Assembly (NCBI GenBank): GCA_013239625.1
Contig: MU053513.1
Span: 2,220,927-2,284,926, forward strand
Length of the DNA: 64,000 nucleotides
Direction of reading: 5' to 3'
DNA from: Lama guanicoe
Taxonomy: Eukaryota
A program made the position numbers and the translations under genes. The notes under the pieces are model-generated. The model searched no databases and was not told the origin of the DNA. It saw only the letters and a program-made list of their open reading frames with translations. The number at the start of each line of letters is the position of its first letter. Position 1 is the stretch's first letter. Positions 51,401-64,000 of the stretch are shown piece by piece.

Positions 51401-54400
51401 ATTGAGAGAATATATCACATGTACTGATAAAAATTATTGCTAGAATTCTATTTTTAGTATATTTTTGGCCATTCATAAAAATTATCTATTCTCTTTTATT
51501 AGTCTAGTACTAGGAAGGAGATATTTTGTATCTGGAGGTTTGTCATTTAGAGTACAATAAAAAATTGGGAAATTGTGTTTTACCAGAAGATGGCAGTAGA
51601 ATTACATATTTGTACATAAGGAACCTTCTTTTTTTTCTTTTTTTTTTTTTAACGCTAAAGATTGAGGTAGGTTGTACTTTCAAATAAATCATGATATTTG
51701 TTTCTTCACACCACTGACAGGAGAAAAAGATTTTTGATATTGAATGGTCAGTTTAAAAAAGGATGGTTAAAAAATTCTATGTGTAAGCTGTCTTGCTCTA
51801 ATAAACCTACTAATACAGAATTTTGGTTATAAAGTAGGTAAATCTTCAGGATCTTTTTGAATTACTACTCTTCTGGCATGTTTTTAAAATTACCTATTAT
51901 TAAATACTTAATCAAGAAATTAAATGGTCAGAAGAAATCTTAAGATGTGTGTGAAGATTATTTATGATTAATTAGTCATAAGGATAAAATAGTTCTTATT
52001 TATAATTTATCAGTGGGGAAAACTGGATTCAATTTTTAAAAAATTGATTTATATACAGCACTTTAGGACTGTAACTGTTCGGTAAAGCAAGATGCAGAGG
52101 ACTTTATATTAACAAAATAAGTCTGTAATCCCATTTCAGAAATTGCCATTTTTGTTGAAATAATGGTATGCCTTGTTTCATGGTTTTCAAATATTCTGCA
52201 GATGAAGTATTGTCATATTCCTTCCGGTGCTGGATTGATTCCTTAAGGCAATCTGATATAAGTGGAAAGAGTATGAAGGTGAATGGACATGTATTCAGAT
52301 TTTGGTTTGGTTCCTGGCTTTATATCTTGAGGCACATTGCTTAATCTCTCTGATACTTTACCTGTAACTCTCTACGTTCAGAATTATTATGAGGATTGGG
52401 GATAATGTATATAAAATAAGCATACTTTGTCAATGCCTTTTTAAGAGCATTCATGTAAAACTCATCCCAGCCACACTGATGCCTCTCCTCCAGTGCAGAA
52501 GATACAGTGGAAGTGCTACCATCTTTTCCTGGTGGACTGTAGCTCTACCTATATAGCTTGATTTGCATTTTTATCAATATTGCCTGTTCTGGCAGGAATT
52601 ATTGTTAGATTGGCATTCTTATACTTACTCATGTAATTAATTTTTTAAAACTCTGTTTTAGGCTTTATGCTTATTTCATTGTGTTTTTATCACCAGTAGT
52701 TATCTTACAAGTTCATTATTGTAGCCTGTCAGTCTTTTAGAATACTCATTTCTGACATCATAATATTAGTGTTAAATTATCTGTAGGTTTTATTGTTGGG
52801 GGAGGAATGAACCTGGTAAGGGACAGAGCCACGAGGTCTTTACTAGCTGTATTGTTCGTGACTGATACCAATTTTGGGGCACAGCTGTTATTAGACCACC
52901 ATAATTTTTCTCAGGAGTAATAGATAATTTGAAATTTCATGACAGATTTTTTTTTTTAATAAAGCCAAACTATACCTAAAACCTGCAAGTAAAGTCATTT
53001 ATGAGATTTTTCATTAAATTGGTACACTTTAGGAAATATTATTTAAAGTATATTTTTCTATAAATGTGATAGATAAATTCCTGTAAGGTGACAGGTAATT
53101 AAGAACGTGTATTTCAAAATTGATTTTCTTATAGAAATAAAGAAAAAGCAGGAGACTGAAAAAAAATCATGTTTGATTTTTGGCCACGTTTTTGCAATAT
53201 AAATAGTACTTTAATATTTATGTAAGAAAGGAAACCTCTATTATGTTTCTTCATGAAACAAACATTTATCGACAGCTTTCATTTGAGCTACAAATGGCAT
53301 TAATGTATCCAACATTGACTAATATTCTTCATCTTTCTCTGTTTGAAATTCAAATATACAAAGTTCTTAACATATTCAGCAATATTCCAGACTTTGCACT
53401 TTCTCTAGTTTGATGAAATTGTCACATATTATTCTGAAAGTACTTTCACTAAGAGAAGCATGCAGTTAATATTGTTATGGAAGATCTTTTTCCGGTGAGA
53501 TTGATCAACCTCATTTTAACTTCAGTTATAAGAGCCTTTCTTTGTTCTTCATCTGATAGGATCAACTTCTAATGTTAATTAATGTTTTCTGGGATGATTT
53601 CTCAAAAGTGAAAAACAAATGAAAATTAATAAATTACAAGAGTTCAAAGGATATGATCTCAGAATACTTGAATCTGTCTCATGATAACTAAGTGTGGATG
53701 CTGGCCGAGAGTTACTTTGCAACACACTTAGTAGTAGTGGATCTAGTTTAAATGGTCTGAATGACTTTGCCAGTCAGTGAGCGATTTAAACTGGGTTGTG
53801 TTAAAATTAGTACTATATCTAATTTTTAAAGTGTTTATTTCTTTATACCAAATATACGTATATTAAGAGTATGTATCTTGAGAGATGGAGTAGGAACATA
53901 GTGTTTTAGATTTCTATTAGGTGATATAAGGATTGCATGCTTTAGGAGAGTGTTTTGCACTTTTGCTTTATGGTACTAAGACAGATAATAATGAACTATA
54001 TGGTTAGAGATAAATTATTAGTTTAAGCAATCTCTGGCTTAGAGATACTGCCCTCAGTTTCTGTTGCTTCCAGTAGGAGCTGTAACTGCTCTGATTGCTT
54101 TTCATAAACATGATGTATGTATCAAAAATCTTATATTCATTTTTAGGGAAAGCTTTATCTTATTCTTTGAAAAAATAGCTGATGTTCATAATAATTTCTC
54201 TTTAGTATGCTGAAACATAATATATATGTCATAAATCAATGAAAATGATTAAAATATATATGTATGGTTTTAATGCTAAGCGTAGCTTTTTTTTTTTCCT
54301 AATTCTTTGAAAATTAGGCGCAGTAAAACCTTGAGTATCCAGAAATTAGGTAACTTCTAGTAATAAAGAATACATGAAAGTTGCCGGTGAGTTGGCTCTG

Positions 54401-57247
54401 AATATGAGAAATTCCATTTTTACCTTGGGTATAAAAACACAACCTGACTTCAGAGGCCTTTGGCATTCATTGTTTGAAATATTATCAGAAGGAACATTTC
54501 TCAGTAAAAGAATACTCTGTACTATTCAGAATTAAATTAACATTGTACTTTTTCAGAACAAGAAATTAATATAAATGAGTTAGAGATGTGATTTGAAGTT
54601 AATAATAAGGAATAATCATTTGACTTCACTTTCAGAATTGTTGCTGACTAGATTTTTCTGAAAAACTCTTCTGTTATAAAATACTTAGGTGCACTATAAA
54701 TCACCAAAAAAAAAAAAAAAAGCAATTGTCTGGAGACAAACATCATTGTTTGATGAAGGGCATTTCTGGCTTTTTCCAGATTGAACTAAAACTGGTGGCA
54801 CCTCCTTATTCAGGAAAAGCGGCTGCCCAGGTTCAACTTCCCATAATGTTCTTGGTGGCAGCTGATGTTCCAAACATGCAGCTTCGCTAAGCAGCTGGCA
54901 ACAAGCTCAGACTGTGTCTTCCCTTTGCAAGGCCTGCTTAGCCTTACTATAAAAAGAGTACCAGTGGTGGGGTCCCTGTCCTAGAGCCAATCCATGATGG
55001 GTCCAGCTGCACCTTAGTCCAAACATGCCTTTACAGAGGACCGTGTGCCTGTCCTGCTGCAGGCCCTTTTACCCGTGAGGCAGAAAGTATTTGCAAGAGC
55101 CCACTGCTGAACAGTGGCTCTCAGTAGGAAGCTCCATTTTCTTCAGTAATAGGGAAATCTCTTGGAGAAAAACGTTTAAGGAGCTAAAATCTAAATGGTA
55201 AGTAAACGTGGTAGGCAAGGTTCCCTGTAATTGTTGATATTGAAATCTAGAGTTTTGAGTTATAATGGCTTTGTGTGAAGGTCAAGACAAAAAGCTATGG
55301 ATAGTTGGGCTTAAAAAAATAACTGTCAGCTTAACATTGGTTACCCAGCTAAACTATCATTAAAGAATGAACAAAAATAAGGACATTTTCACATCGAGAA
55401 AAGCTGAGTGTATTTTGAATCAGTACACGCTTACTTAAATAACATCTAAAATAATCACTTCTTGAAGAAGGCAAAGGAGAGAGGTCTGATTACAAGGAAG
55501 AATACTGAGCTCATAAATTAGCACTAATATATTTAATAACAGTATTATGTAGAAAGGAGAGGGAGTCATTGGTTCTAAAGTATTCTGAGGTTAATTTTGG
55601 TGGGGAGAAGAAGAGGAATAGATTTTAGTAACTTCAGACACTAAGGTAAGTATGCATTTTACATTTTGAGAATGACCCTAAATGACTAGAAATAGAGAAA
55701 ATAGCATAAAGAAAGCAGTACAGGAGAGAAAACGGAATTTAAAAAATTAGGGAGGAGGCAGCAAAGGAGTGAAGGTGAAATGTAGAAAAAACAGGAAGAA
55801 TAGAAATTACAAAGAAGAAATATAATTATGTTGCTTATGACAATAAATTTAAGTGAATTAATCTAAGTTTAAAACAGAGATCATCATATTAGAATTTAAA
55901 AAAAATCTATAGACAGAAAACATAGTGACATTAAATGCTGAAAATAAAAGGATTACCAGGCAATTGCTAACCAAAAGAAAACTTATGTAGTTATTATTAA
56001 TATTAGATAAAGTGGACTTCAGGAAAGGGCATTACCAAGCATAATGAGTGCAACTAATGGTAAAAGGCTTAACTGATCAGGAAGATGAAAGCATGTTAAA
56101 CTTTTAGTTACCAATAACATAGGCACAATATATTTTTAAAAAATACATATACTTGAAGAACAGTTTGATAAATTCACTGTTGTAGTGGATTTCAGTATCA
56201 CATTATCAGAAATTGAGAAAAGATTCCCTCAGATGTTTTGAAATTAAAGATATGAGCAACATGATTTACTGATGGATTCGACAATTAGAGAATAAACATT
56301 TTTCACAAGGCCAAATGCAATACTTTAAAAAATTGACCCATAGTTGGCCAAAAAAACCCTGGATCTTAATAGCTGTAAAGTGTTTGAAATCTTATGGAGC
56401 TTTTTTTTCCCTATCATAATAGAATTGTTATAATCAATAGCAAAAAAAATTATTTTATATATTTTATTGTTTAAAATATATATGTGTGGAAATTTTAAAA
56501 CACACTTTGAGTTATTCTTGGAATAAATAAAAATAACACGGGAAATGTAAAAAAATACTGAGAACTGAGTGATAATGAAAAATTTAAATATTGAAAGTAG
56601 TAGGATATAGTTACTAATTCTGGAATGATGAAATAATTTGCAATAGGCTTATGATCCCGCCAAGAATAGCTAGAAAAATCAGGCAAAAATAATATTTTTA
56701 AAGACATCAGACAAGTGCAGAAGCAATGTGGACTGAGAAGGTAAAACTCCAGATTGGGGAACATTTCTTAGAGATGAGCTGAAAATCTGTAGACACTTTT
56801 CCGCTGAGTTAATTTATTGATTCTGGGAGTAGGCCGAAGGTTGAGAATCTAGGTTTGGTCCTGGCAGTGGGTCATTGCTTGTGAATAGAGAAACCAGCAA
56901 AAATCTTGGTGACTGTGTGAGGCTAGAGCGACCAATTGCCATTCAGACAAAAGCAAGTTTCCTTTTCAAGATATTTGCCTCAATCACATGACCAATTTCC
57001 CTTTCAAAATATTTGCCAGATTCTGAAGCTAAAAGAAAGCTAACAACTAAGCAGAAAAACTCTGAAAACAAGAGCTGAATTTACTAGTCTTACAATTCTG
57101 AAGAGATAAAGATCTTCAGGATGTGAGTCCCTGAAGAACATGCCAGGTGAGAGTTGATAGCCCTGGAGATGGTGGTGAACTGACATTGACAATTTCCAAC
57201 TACTTTCCCTTTTGGATGTATTTCCTGATTCTGGGTGCAGCAAGAGA

Positions 57248-57479
57248 AAAGATCAGCCAAGTATAGCCCATGGGCCATGTCTGGCCCACCACCTGTTTTG
57301 TAAATAAAATTTTGGGGGGTAAACAGCCACATTCATTCCTTTATTCATTACATATTGTCTGTGGCTGCTTTCATGCTATAATGGCAGAGTTGAGTACCTG
57401 TGATGGAGACTGTATGGCCAGAAGGCCTAAAATAGTTACTCTCTGGCCCTTCACAGGAAAAAGAGTTGTCTACCTCCAT
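57248..57479 (+). mobile_element. MER58A hAT-Charlie element
   Basis: ggcccaccacctgttttgtaaataaa ... ggcagagttgagta ... aaaatagttactctctggcccttcacag. Confidence 0.88.
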
Positions 57480-60400
57480 ACTAGAGGAATCTGGGCTTGG
57501 CCTCTGATGGAGGGTCACTAATGAGGACAGAGCGACCAGTACAGCTTTTGGCGATTCACTGCAGCTGAAGTTCCTAACTGGAAGCTGTGCAGGACAACAG
57601 GACAGAAATCTAAGCCAGGAACCTGTGAAAAGCATAGTGGAAATTCTGTTGTCTCACTGTGCTAGGGGGACAAAGATCTGCCAGGCTTCCATTTAAAATC
57701 TTAAAGGGCCTCACTGTAAGAATAGGGGCAAATTAAAGGTTAAATGAGTTTAATCAAAATTGTAGGGCAGTCTTGCTGATCCCTGATAGAATGAAAGTGA
57801 TCAGACCACCACTCTCTAAATGCTTAGCAGAAAAAAGTGTAGATCTTCCCAGACAGAAAATAGCATTGTCAGTAGGTTTTTTTCCTTTAAGTACACAGTA
57901 TCCCATACACAATCATCAAAAATTAGTAGGTGCATAAAAGGGAGGACATTGTGACTGTATTATCAAGAGAAAAAAACAAAAACAAAATAGACCATAGAAG
58001 CAGATCTAGAAGTGATGCAGAACTTGGAGTTAGTAGAAAAGAACCTTAAAATAACTATTTTTAATATGTTTAAGAAAATAGGAAAACATTCTTGAAAACA
58101 GACAAAAAGATAGGCAGTTCACCAGAGAATATGAATATATCTAAAACAATGAAATAAACATTCTAGAATTCAAAAATACTGTATCTGAATCGAAGAACTC
58201 AATGAGTGGTTTAACATCAAATTGGATACATCAGAAGATAGCATTGGTGTACTTGAAGGCAATTCAATAGAAAAAAAATGCAAGCTGAAGGAAAGGAAGA
58301 AAGAAGGAAGGGACAAAGAGAGAAGAATAAGGGATATTAGATTCAGTAAAATGATGTAATGTGTGTAAATAGTGTCTTAAACCAGAACAGATTGAAAATA
58401 AGGAAGAAACAATACATAAAGAGATAATGAACAAAACTAATGGAACACATCAAACCACAGATTCAGTTAATTCTGCTAATCCCAAGCAGGATGAATGTGA
58501 AGGAAACCACATCACAGTAAAAATGCTGAAAAATCATAGACAAGGAGAAAAATCTTAAAAGCCAACCAGAGAAGAAAAGGCACATCACCTTTAATACTGA
58601 CATAAACAGTGGAAGCCATAAAACAACAGAATGGCATGTTTAAAGTGCTGGAAGGAACAAAACTTCTAACCTGTAATTCTGTACACAGCAAAAACATCAT
58701 CCAAAAATGAAGGTGAAATAAAGACGTTTCCAGACAAACAAAACGATCTGTTGCCAGTGCACCTGAACTAAAATAAAAACTAAATAGAGTCCTTGAGTCA
58801 GAAATAAAACGATCCCAATGGGAAACACAGAAATTCAGGAAGGAATGAAGAGAACCAGAATAGGCATATACATGTCGTTTAAGATAATTGAATATTGGTG
58901 GGACAAAAAACAAATAAAAACTGTCTCTTTTTGAGTTAAATTTGTAGAATTAAAATATATGACAACAATGCCAAAGGCAGAGGGATAAATGGAATCAAAA
59001 TATTGCAAAATACTATTCTTATTGGAGAAGTGGCAAATGTGATCAGTTTGGTTAGATTAACAAGTCAAAGTTGGATGTTATGATGTCCAAGATAATCACT
59101 GTAATAATGTATGTATAACTACCGTGTTAAGAGAGGAAAAAGAATAAATAAAATATTTGGTCAATGCAAAAGAACAAAAGAAAAAGGAACCTCAAATAGA
59201 TGGGAAATAGAAAGTAGATAATACTTATAAATCCAGTTATATCAGTTATTAAATTAAATACTGTTAGACCAAATACTCTCTCTGAAAGAGTAAAGTGGTC
59301 ATACTGAATTCAAAACAAAACCCCCAAATGTGCTGTATTCATGATATATCTTCAATATAAGGGTACAAAAATTACTTGAAATGTGGCTGAAGTAATACTT
59401 AGTGGGAATTTAGGAAACAAGTAAGTGAAAGAAATAAATTAAGCCTTCAAGTAAAAGAATTTGCTTTTTTTTCAATTGTAAAAATATGTAAACTCTCCCA
59501 ATAGACTTCAGACAAGCAGTAGGCTTAGATGGTTTTTACCTGTGATGTTTGCCATAGAGCCAACATACAGAACAGAATAAGCAAAGAAAGCATACTAGTT
59601 AACTCATCTGGTGGGAGTAGTTAATTTTGAAACCAAAACTAGACAAAGAGAATATGAAAAAATGATAGAGCTAACCTCATTTATGATCACAGATGTATAA
59701 GTCTTAAATACAACCCAAATCAAATTAAGTAATGTAAAAATAAAAATACTTCATGATCAAATAGAAGTTATCTTAAAATTGCAGGAATGATTTAGGGTTA
59801 GAAAATATATTAATGTATTTCGTCTTATCATTACATTAAGTGAGGAATATTTTATAATTGTTTCAGTAGATGCAGAGACAGCATCTGATTAAAATTCATC
59901 AGTCATTAATGACAAAAAAGGCACATCAATATGGCTTAGCCAACTAGAAAGAAAAGGGAGCTGCCTTGACTTACCAAAGTCCATGTATCTAAAGCCAGCA
60001 GCAAACATTGTACTTTAGGGTGAATCTTTAGGAACAGCTCAATGAAACTGAGATGAGATAAGGATACATACTATAGTTCCATCTATTCATCATTGCACAG
60101 GAAGTCCCAGCTAAATGCAAGAGGACAAGAGTAAAAATAGGAGGTATAAGAATCAGGAAGAGGCAAACTTTCCCTATTTTTTTCACAGACCATATAATAG
60201 AAAATCTAAGAGAATCTACTCTTTAATAATTATTGAACTTAAAGTAGGGAAATAGGAGTGGGGGACAATGCCATACGAACCAAAGCTAACTAATAAAAAA
60301 GATTGATAAAGCTTACTGCAACAAAATTAAAATATCATGTATAATTAAAAAATGCAAAGTTAGAAGAGAAAGTCTGGGTGAAATTATTTGTAACATGTAT

Positions 60401-60747
60401 GTCAAAGAATTTCTATCCAGGTTATATAAGTAACTCTACACATTGATTTAAAAAAAAAAAAGACAACAGAAAAATAACCAAAGGAAATACAGTTTGGAAA
60501 AGAAGAAAGACTCTCGTCCAGTGACCATTCAAATATATTTTTTAAAAGGAAATGGAAATTAAAACAATGAGATACTGTTTCTTGTAGAAAATTAAGTGGT
60601 GATGAGGGAAATGGGAACTTACACATTTCTGGTGGCAGCATAAATTGATACAGCCCATTTGGATAGTAATTTGAATGTTTCTAGCAAAATTTAAAATGTG
60701 CGTAAGTCATGACCCTGCAAGTCTACTTCTCAATTGCTACTCTAGAA

Positions 60748-61060
60748 TAGGTGTTGGCAGACTTTTTCTGTGAAAGGCCAGATAGTAAATATATTAGCCT
60801 TTGTCAGTTGCAAATACTCTGCTATTGTAGTGCAAAAGCAGCCATAAATAATACATTAACAAATGAATGGGTTCAAATAAAACTTCATTTACAGGCACTA
60901 AAATTTGAAATTTTGTACGTTTCATTTTTCATGAAATAGCATTCTCTTTTTGATTTGTGTTTTCAACCTTCAAAGAAAGATAAAAACCATTCTTAGCTCA
61001 CAGGATATACAGAAACAGGTGACAGGCCAGATTTGGCCTGTCAGCTATAGTTTGCCCCTA
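60748..61060. mobile_element. MER58B hAT-Charlie element with degenerate 8-bp TSD
   Basis: ttggcagactttttctgtgaaaggccagatagtaaata ... atagtttgcccct; flanks CTCTAGAA (60740-60747) and TTATAGAA (61061-61068). Confidence 0.88.
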
Positions 61061-62197
61061 TTATAGAACATGTAAGCAAAGTAACCTGGGAGGATATTTT
61101 TGCAACATTATTTCTGTTAATAAATAATTGAAAGCAGATGTCCATCCATAATGGAATGCCTAAATAAAATGGAACATTTTCATATTCTACCATATATATA
61201 GCCTTTAACAGTAATAGCTAGATTGGTAATCGTATTGGCATGCATGGATCTCAAAAACATGTTAAATGAAAAAAAACAAGTGGCTGAATTATACATAGAA
61301 TATAATTTATTTTATTTTATTTTTTGCTGGGCTTTTTTGTCCTTCCAGTTTTATTAAGATATAATTGACACATAGCACTGTATACATTTAAGGCATACGG
61401 TGTAAGTATTTGACCTACATACACCATGAAATGATTATCAGTTTTTAGTGAACATCTATCATCTTATATAGATACAAAATAATAGAAAAAGAAATAGATT
61501 TTTTTCCTTGTGATGAGAACTTTTAGGATTTTATTCTTCTAACAACTTTCATATATAACATACAGAAGTGTTAATTATATTAATCATGTTGTACATTAAC
61601 ACCTTTAGTACTTCTTTATCTTATAACTGGAAGTTTGTACTTTTGACCACCTTCATCCAGTTTCCCAACTGTCCACTCCTCAGCCTCTGGTAACCACAAA
61701 TCTGATCACTTTTTCTATGAATTTGTTTGTTTGAAGTATAATTGACCTATAACATTATGTTAATTCCTGGTATACAACATAGTGATTTGATATTTCTGTA
61801 ATTTCAAAATGATCACCACGATTAGTCTAGTTACCATCTGCCACCACACAAAGACATTACATTGTTTTTGACTGTATTTACCACACTGTACATTTAATCC
61901 TTGTGACTCATGTATTTTTTAACCAGAAGTTTGTACCTCTTAATCTCCCTCACCTATTTCTCTTATCCCCCTACCTCCTCCCCTCTAGCAACCACCTATT
62001 GGCTCTCTGTTACTATGCCTCTGTTTCTGTTTTGTTATGTTTATTCATTTGTTTTGTTTTTTAGATTCCATGTGTAAGTGACATCATCCAGTATTTATCT
62101 TTGTCTGTCTTATTTTCTTGCCGTAATACCCTCCAGGTTAATTTATGTTGTGGCAAATGGCAAGGTTTCATTCTTTTTTATGGCTGTGTAATAGTCC

Positions 62198-62199
<2 letters not shown>

Positions 62200-62280
<81 letters not shown>
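62200..62280. repeat. Compound (GT)n(GA)n microsatellite
   Basis: About 22 GT units followed by 18 GA units. Confidence 0.95.
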
Positions 62281-62282
<2 letters not shown>

Positions 62283-62336
62283 GATCTTCTTTGTCCATTC
62301 ATCTGTTGATGGAGACTTAGGTTGTTTTCATATCTT

Positions 62337-62410
62337 TTTTTATTTAACTTTTTTTTATTGAGTTATAGTCATTTTACAATGTTGTGCGAAGTTCCAGTGT
62401 AGAGCACGAC
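62337..62410 (-). mobile_element. 74-bp young L1 3'-end insertion with perfect 12-bp TSD
   Basis: TTTTCATATCTT at 62325-62336 and 62411-62422 flanks a T-tract plus attgagttatagtcattttacaatgttgtg... Confidence 0.85.
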
Positions 62411-64000
62411 TTTTCATATCTTGGCTATGTGAATGATCATGCTGCAATGAACATAGAGTGTAAATATCTTTCTAAATTAGTGTTTTGTTTTCTTCCAATA
62501 AATACCCAAAAGTGGAATTGCTGAATTGTGTGGTAATTCTATTTTCAATCTTTTGAGAAATCTCCACACTGTTTAGTGGCTGTACCAATTTACATTCCCA
62601 GCAACAGTATATGAGAGTTTCCTTTTCTCCACGTTCTCACCAACACTGTTACTTGTTCTCTTTTTGATAATAGCCATTCTGATAGGTATGGGGTGGTATC
62701 TCATCGTGGTTTTGATTTGCATTTACCTGATGGTTAGTGATGTTGAGCATCTTTTCATGTGTCTGTTGGCTTTCTGTATGTCTTCTTTGAAATGTCTATT
62801 CAGATTCTCTGCCCATTTTTTAATCAGGTTGTTTTTGGATGTTGAGTTGTATGAGTTCTTGTCTATTTTGTATATATTTATGTATTTTCTTTGTATATGC
62901 TTATATATAGAATGTAATTTATTAATGAAACAATATTCTGCATATTTATCATTTATACATAGATATATATGTATGCAAAATAAAAAGACTAGAACAACAT
63001 GCATATATAACTTCACTTATATGTACTTACTGGAGTGCCTAACACAGGATAAATGCTCGATAATTTTGACCGGTTTTCCTCTGACTACCCACTGCCACCA
63101 CTATTTTAGAATTGCCTTTGACTCTACAAAGATAATTCCTTTTACATACACGGTTTCCGATTTTGGAAACTTTTGGAAAGCCTGCCTACAACTTCTACGA
63201 GATTAAGAGGTCCTTCAGTGAGAACTAAAACTTGGTTTTCTGGGATTTTGTTATAATCACTTTACTGAGTTGCTTGCGAGATATTCTTTTTTAACTGGTA
63301 TGTGTACCCTTATACCTCACTGCAAGCTGATGATAAATAAGATGGCATTTTAATAGTTGGGCCATAAAGTAATGTAACCTGAATTCTCTTGGGAGTTAAC
63401 TTTCTGTTCTCTACCTCAGATTATGTCTCTTTCCCCTGACTCATCGTCCTCCTTGTGCTTCTTCAGAGTAGGTAACAGGCAAGGTTATGTTACAATATCT
63501 CTGCTTGCAAAGTTTTAGTTTGACAATTAGAAGAATGGTGATGTTGTGAGTTTGGGAGGGGGATCTCATTTCAAAGATGATGCATTCAGTTGTTCCTCAT
63601 TTCTATAGAACCTATCTTCACAAAAATAACCTTCAGTGACTCTTGGGACGTTTCTGGAGTTGTAATAACATTTTGTGTTTGTCTCTATTGACCAATAAAT
63701 TTGAGTTCTTTTCTCCCTTAGAGTATCTTTAAACTTTCAGGATGTCATAGGGCTCCAAGTTTGTCAAGTATGTCTTGCACAACAATACGTGTTGTCAATT
63801 ATATGAATGCTTCGGCATTTTTAAAGTGCAGTTTAGCAGTGGAAGATTTCTACCCTTTATTCCCTAACAAGATTGAAGTAAGGAAGTAATTGGTTTCTTT
63901 ATATACTTTTAGTTTCAAGGAATTCTTTTAAACTGTCACATTTAAGAAATTACACTAACTTTGGCTAGCTTCTTGTTTTTCATATGTTTAGAGAATTTCT

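Larger units (their letters stand above)
55300..61311 (+). mobile_element. Decayed old L1 complex (ORF1/ORF2 fragments, 5'UTR-like block ~56650-57950, ORF1 remnant ~58000-58900, ORF2/3'UTR remnants to ~61300, resuming after 62923)
   Basis: ORF1 motifs (aaggagaaaaatcttaaaagcca, gaaggtgaaataaagacgtttccagacaaacaaaa) and ORF2 motifs (tttcagtagatgcagag, ctattcatcattgcacaggaagtcccagc). Confidence 0.8.
61312..62901 (-). mobile_element. 5'-truncated laurasiatherian-type L1 with TSD
   Basis: T-rich tail, L1 3'UTR and ORF2 C-terminus (ORF track: ...[32 protein letters not shown]); flanking near-direct repeats at 61290-61311 and 62902-62923. Confidence 0.9.

Noticed and set aside
55096..55121. Stem-loop with a bulged C containing CAGTG (IRE-like)
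   Set aside because: CAGTG is in the stem and the loop is CTGAA, not CAGUGN; it is also intronic.
61350..62000. Apparent tandem duplication of an L1 3'UTR
   Set aside because: Looks like the composite 3'UTR of laurasiatherian L1 subfamilies rather than a locus-specific event.
62664..63206. Longest ORF in the track (180 aa, hydrophobic)
   Set aside because: It is the antisense reading of the L1 ORF2 C-terminus running into flanking L1 3'UTR, a common spurious ORF.
44091..64000. Absence of the final PIGK exons (TM segment)
   Set aside because: Best explained by a long intron 9 running past the window edge; not evidence of gene truncation.

Overview
This is AT-rich mammalian genomic DNA. The L1 3' ends and the absence of Alu, Bov-tA, PRE-1 and B1/B2 SINEs suggest a cetartiodactyl, possibly a camelid. 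The window holds the 5' three-quarters of PIGK (GPI8, the catalytic subunit of the GPI transamidase) on the + strand: a CpG-island promoter near 9.1-9.5 kb and nine coding exons (9220-44090). The exons have GT-AG introns and splice in phase into 986 nt of uninterrupted CDS, with Cys92, His164 and Cys206 intact. The exons for the C-terminal transmembrane segment were not found and presumably lie beyond 64 kb. Intron 3 carries a near full-length, antisense, decayed processed pseudogene of PTP4A1 (PRL-1) with 5'UTR, CDS, 3'UTR and a poly(A) remnant. The frame of the conserved PRL upstream ORF is still recognisable and open in it. The rest is ordinary interspersed repeat (L1, L2, MIR, MLT1, MER58, MER5, an LTR-less ERV1 internal remnant). 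The best leads are a candidate intronic poly(A) site giving a 332-aa PIGK without a transmembrane domain, the retrocopy and its uORF, a 59-nt hairpin in intron 8, splice-site reuse motifs and a triple-nested L1. I see no convincing evidence of a new multi-gene system. Repeat subfamily names and comparisons with human sequences are from memory, not from a search.
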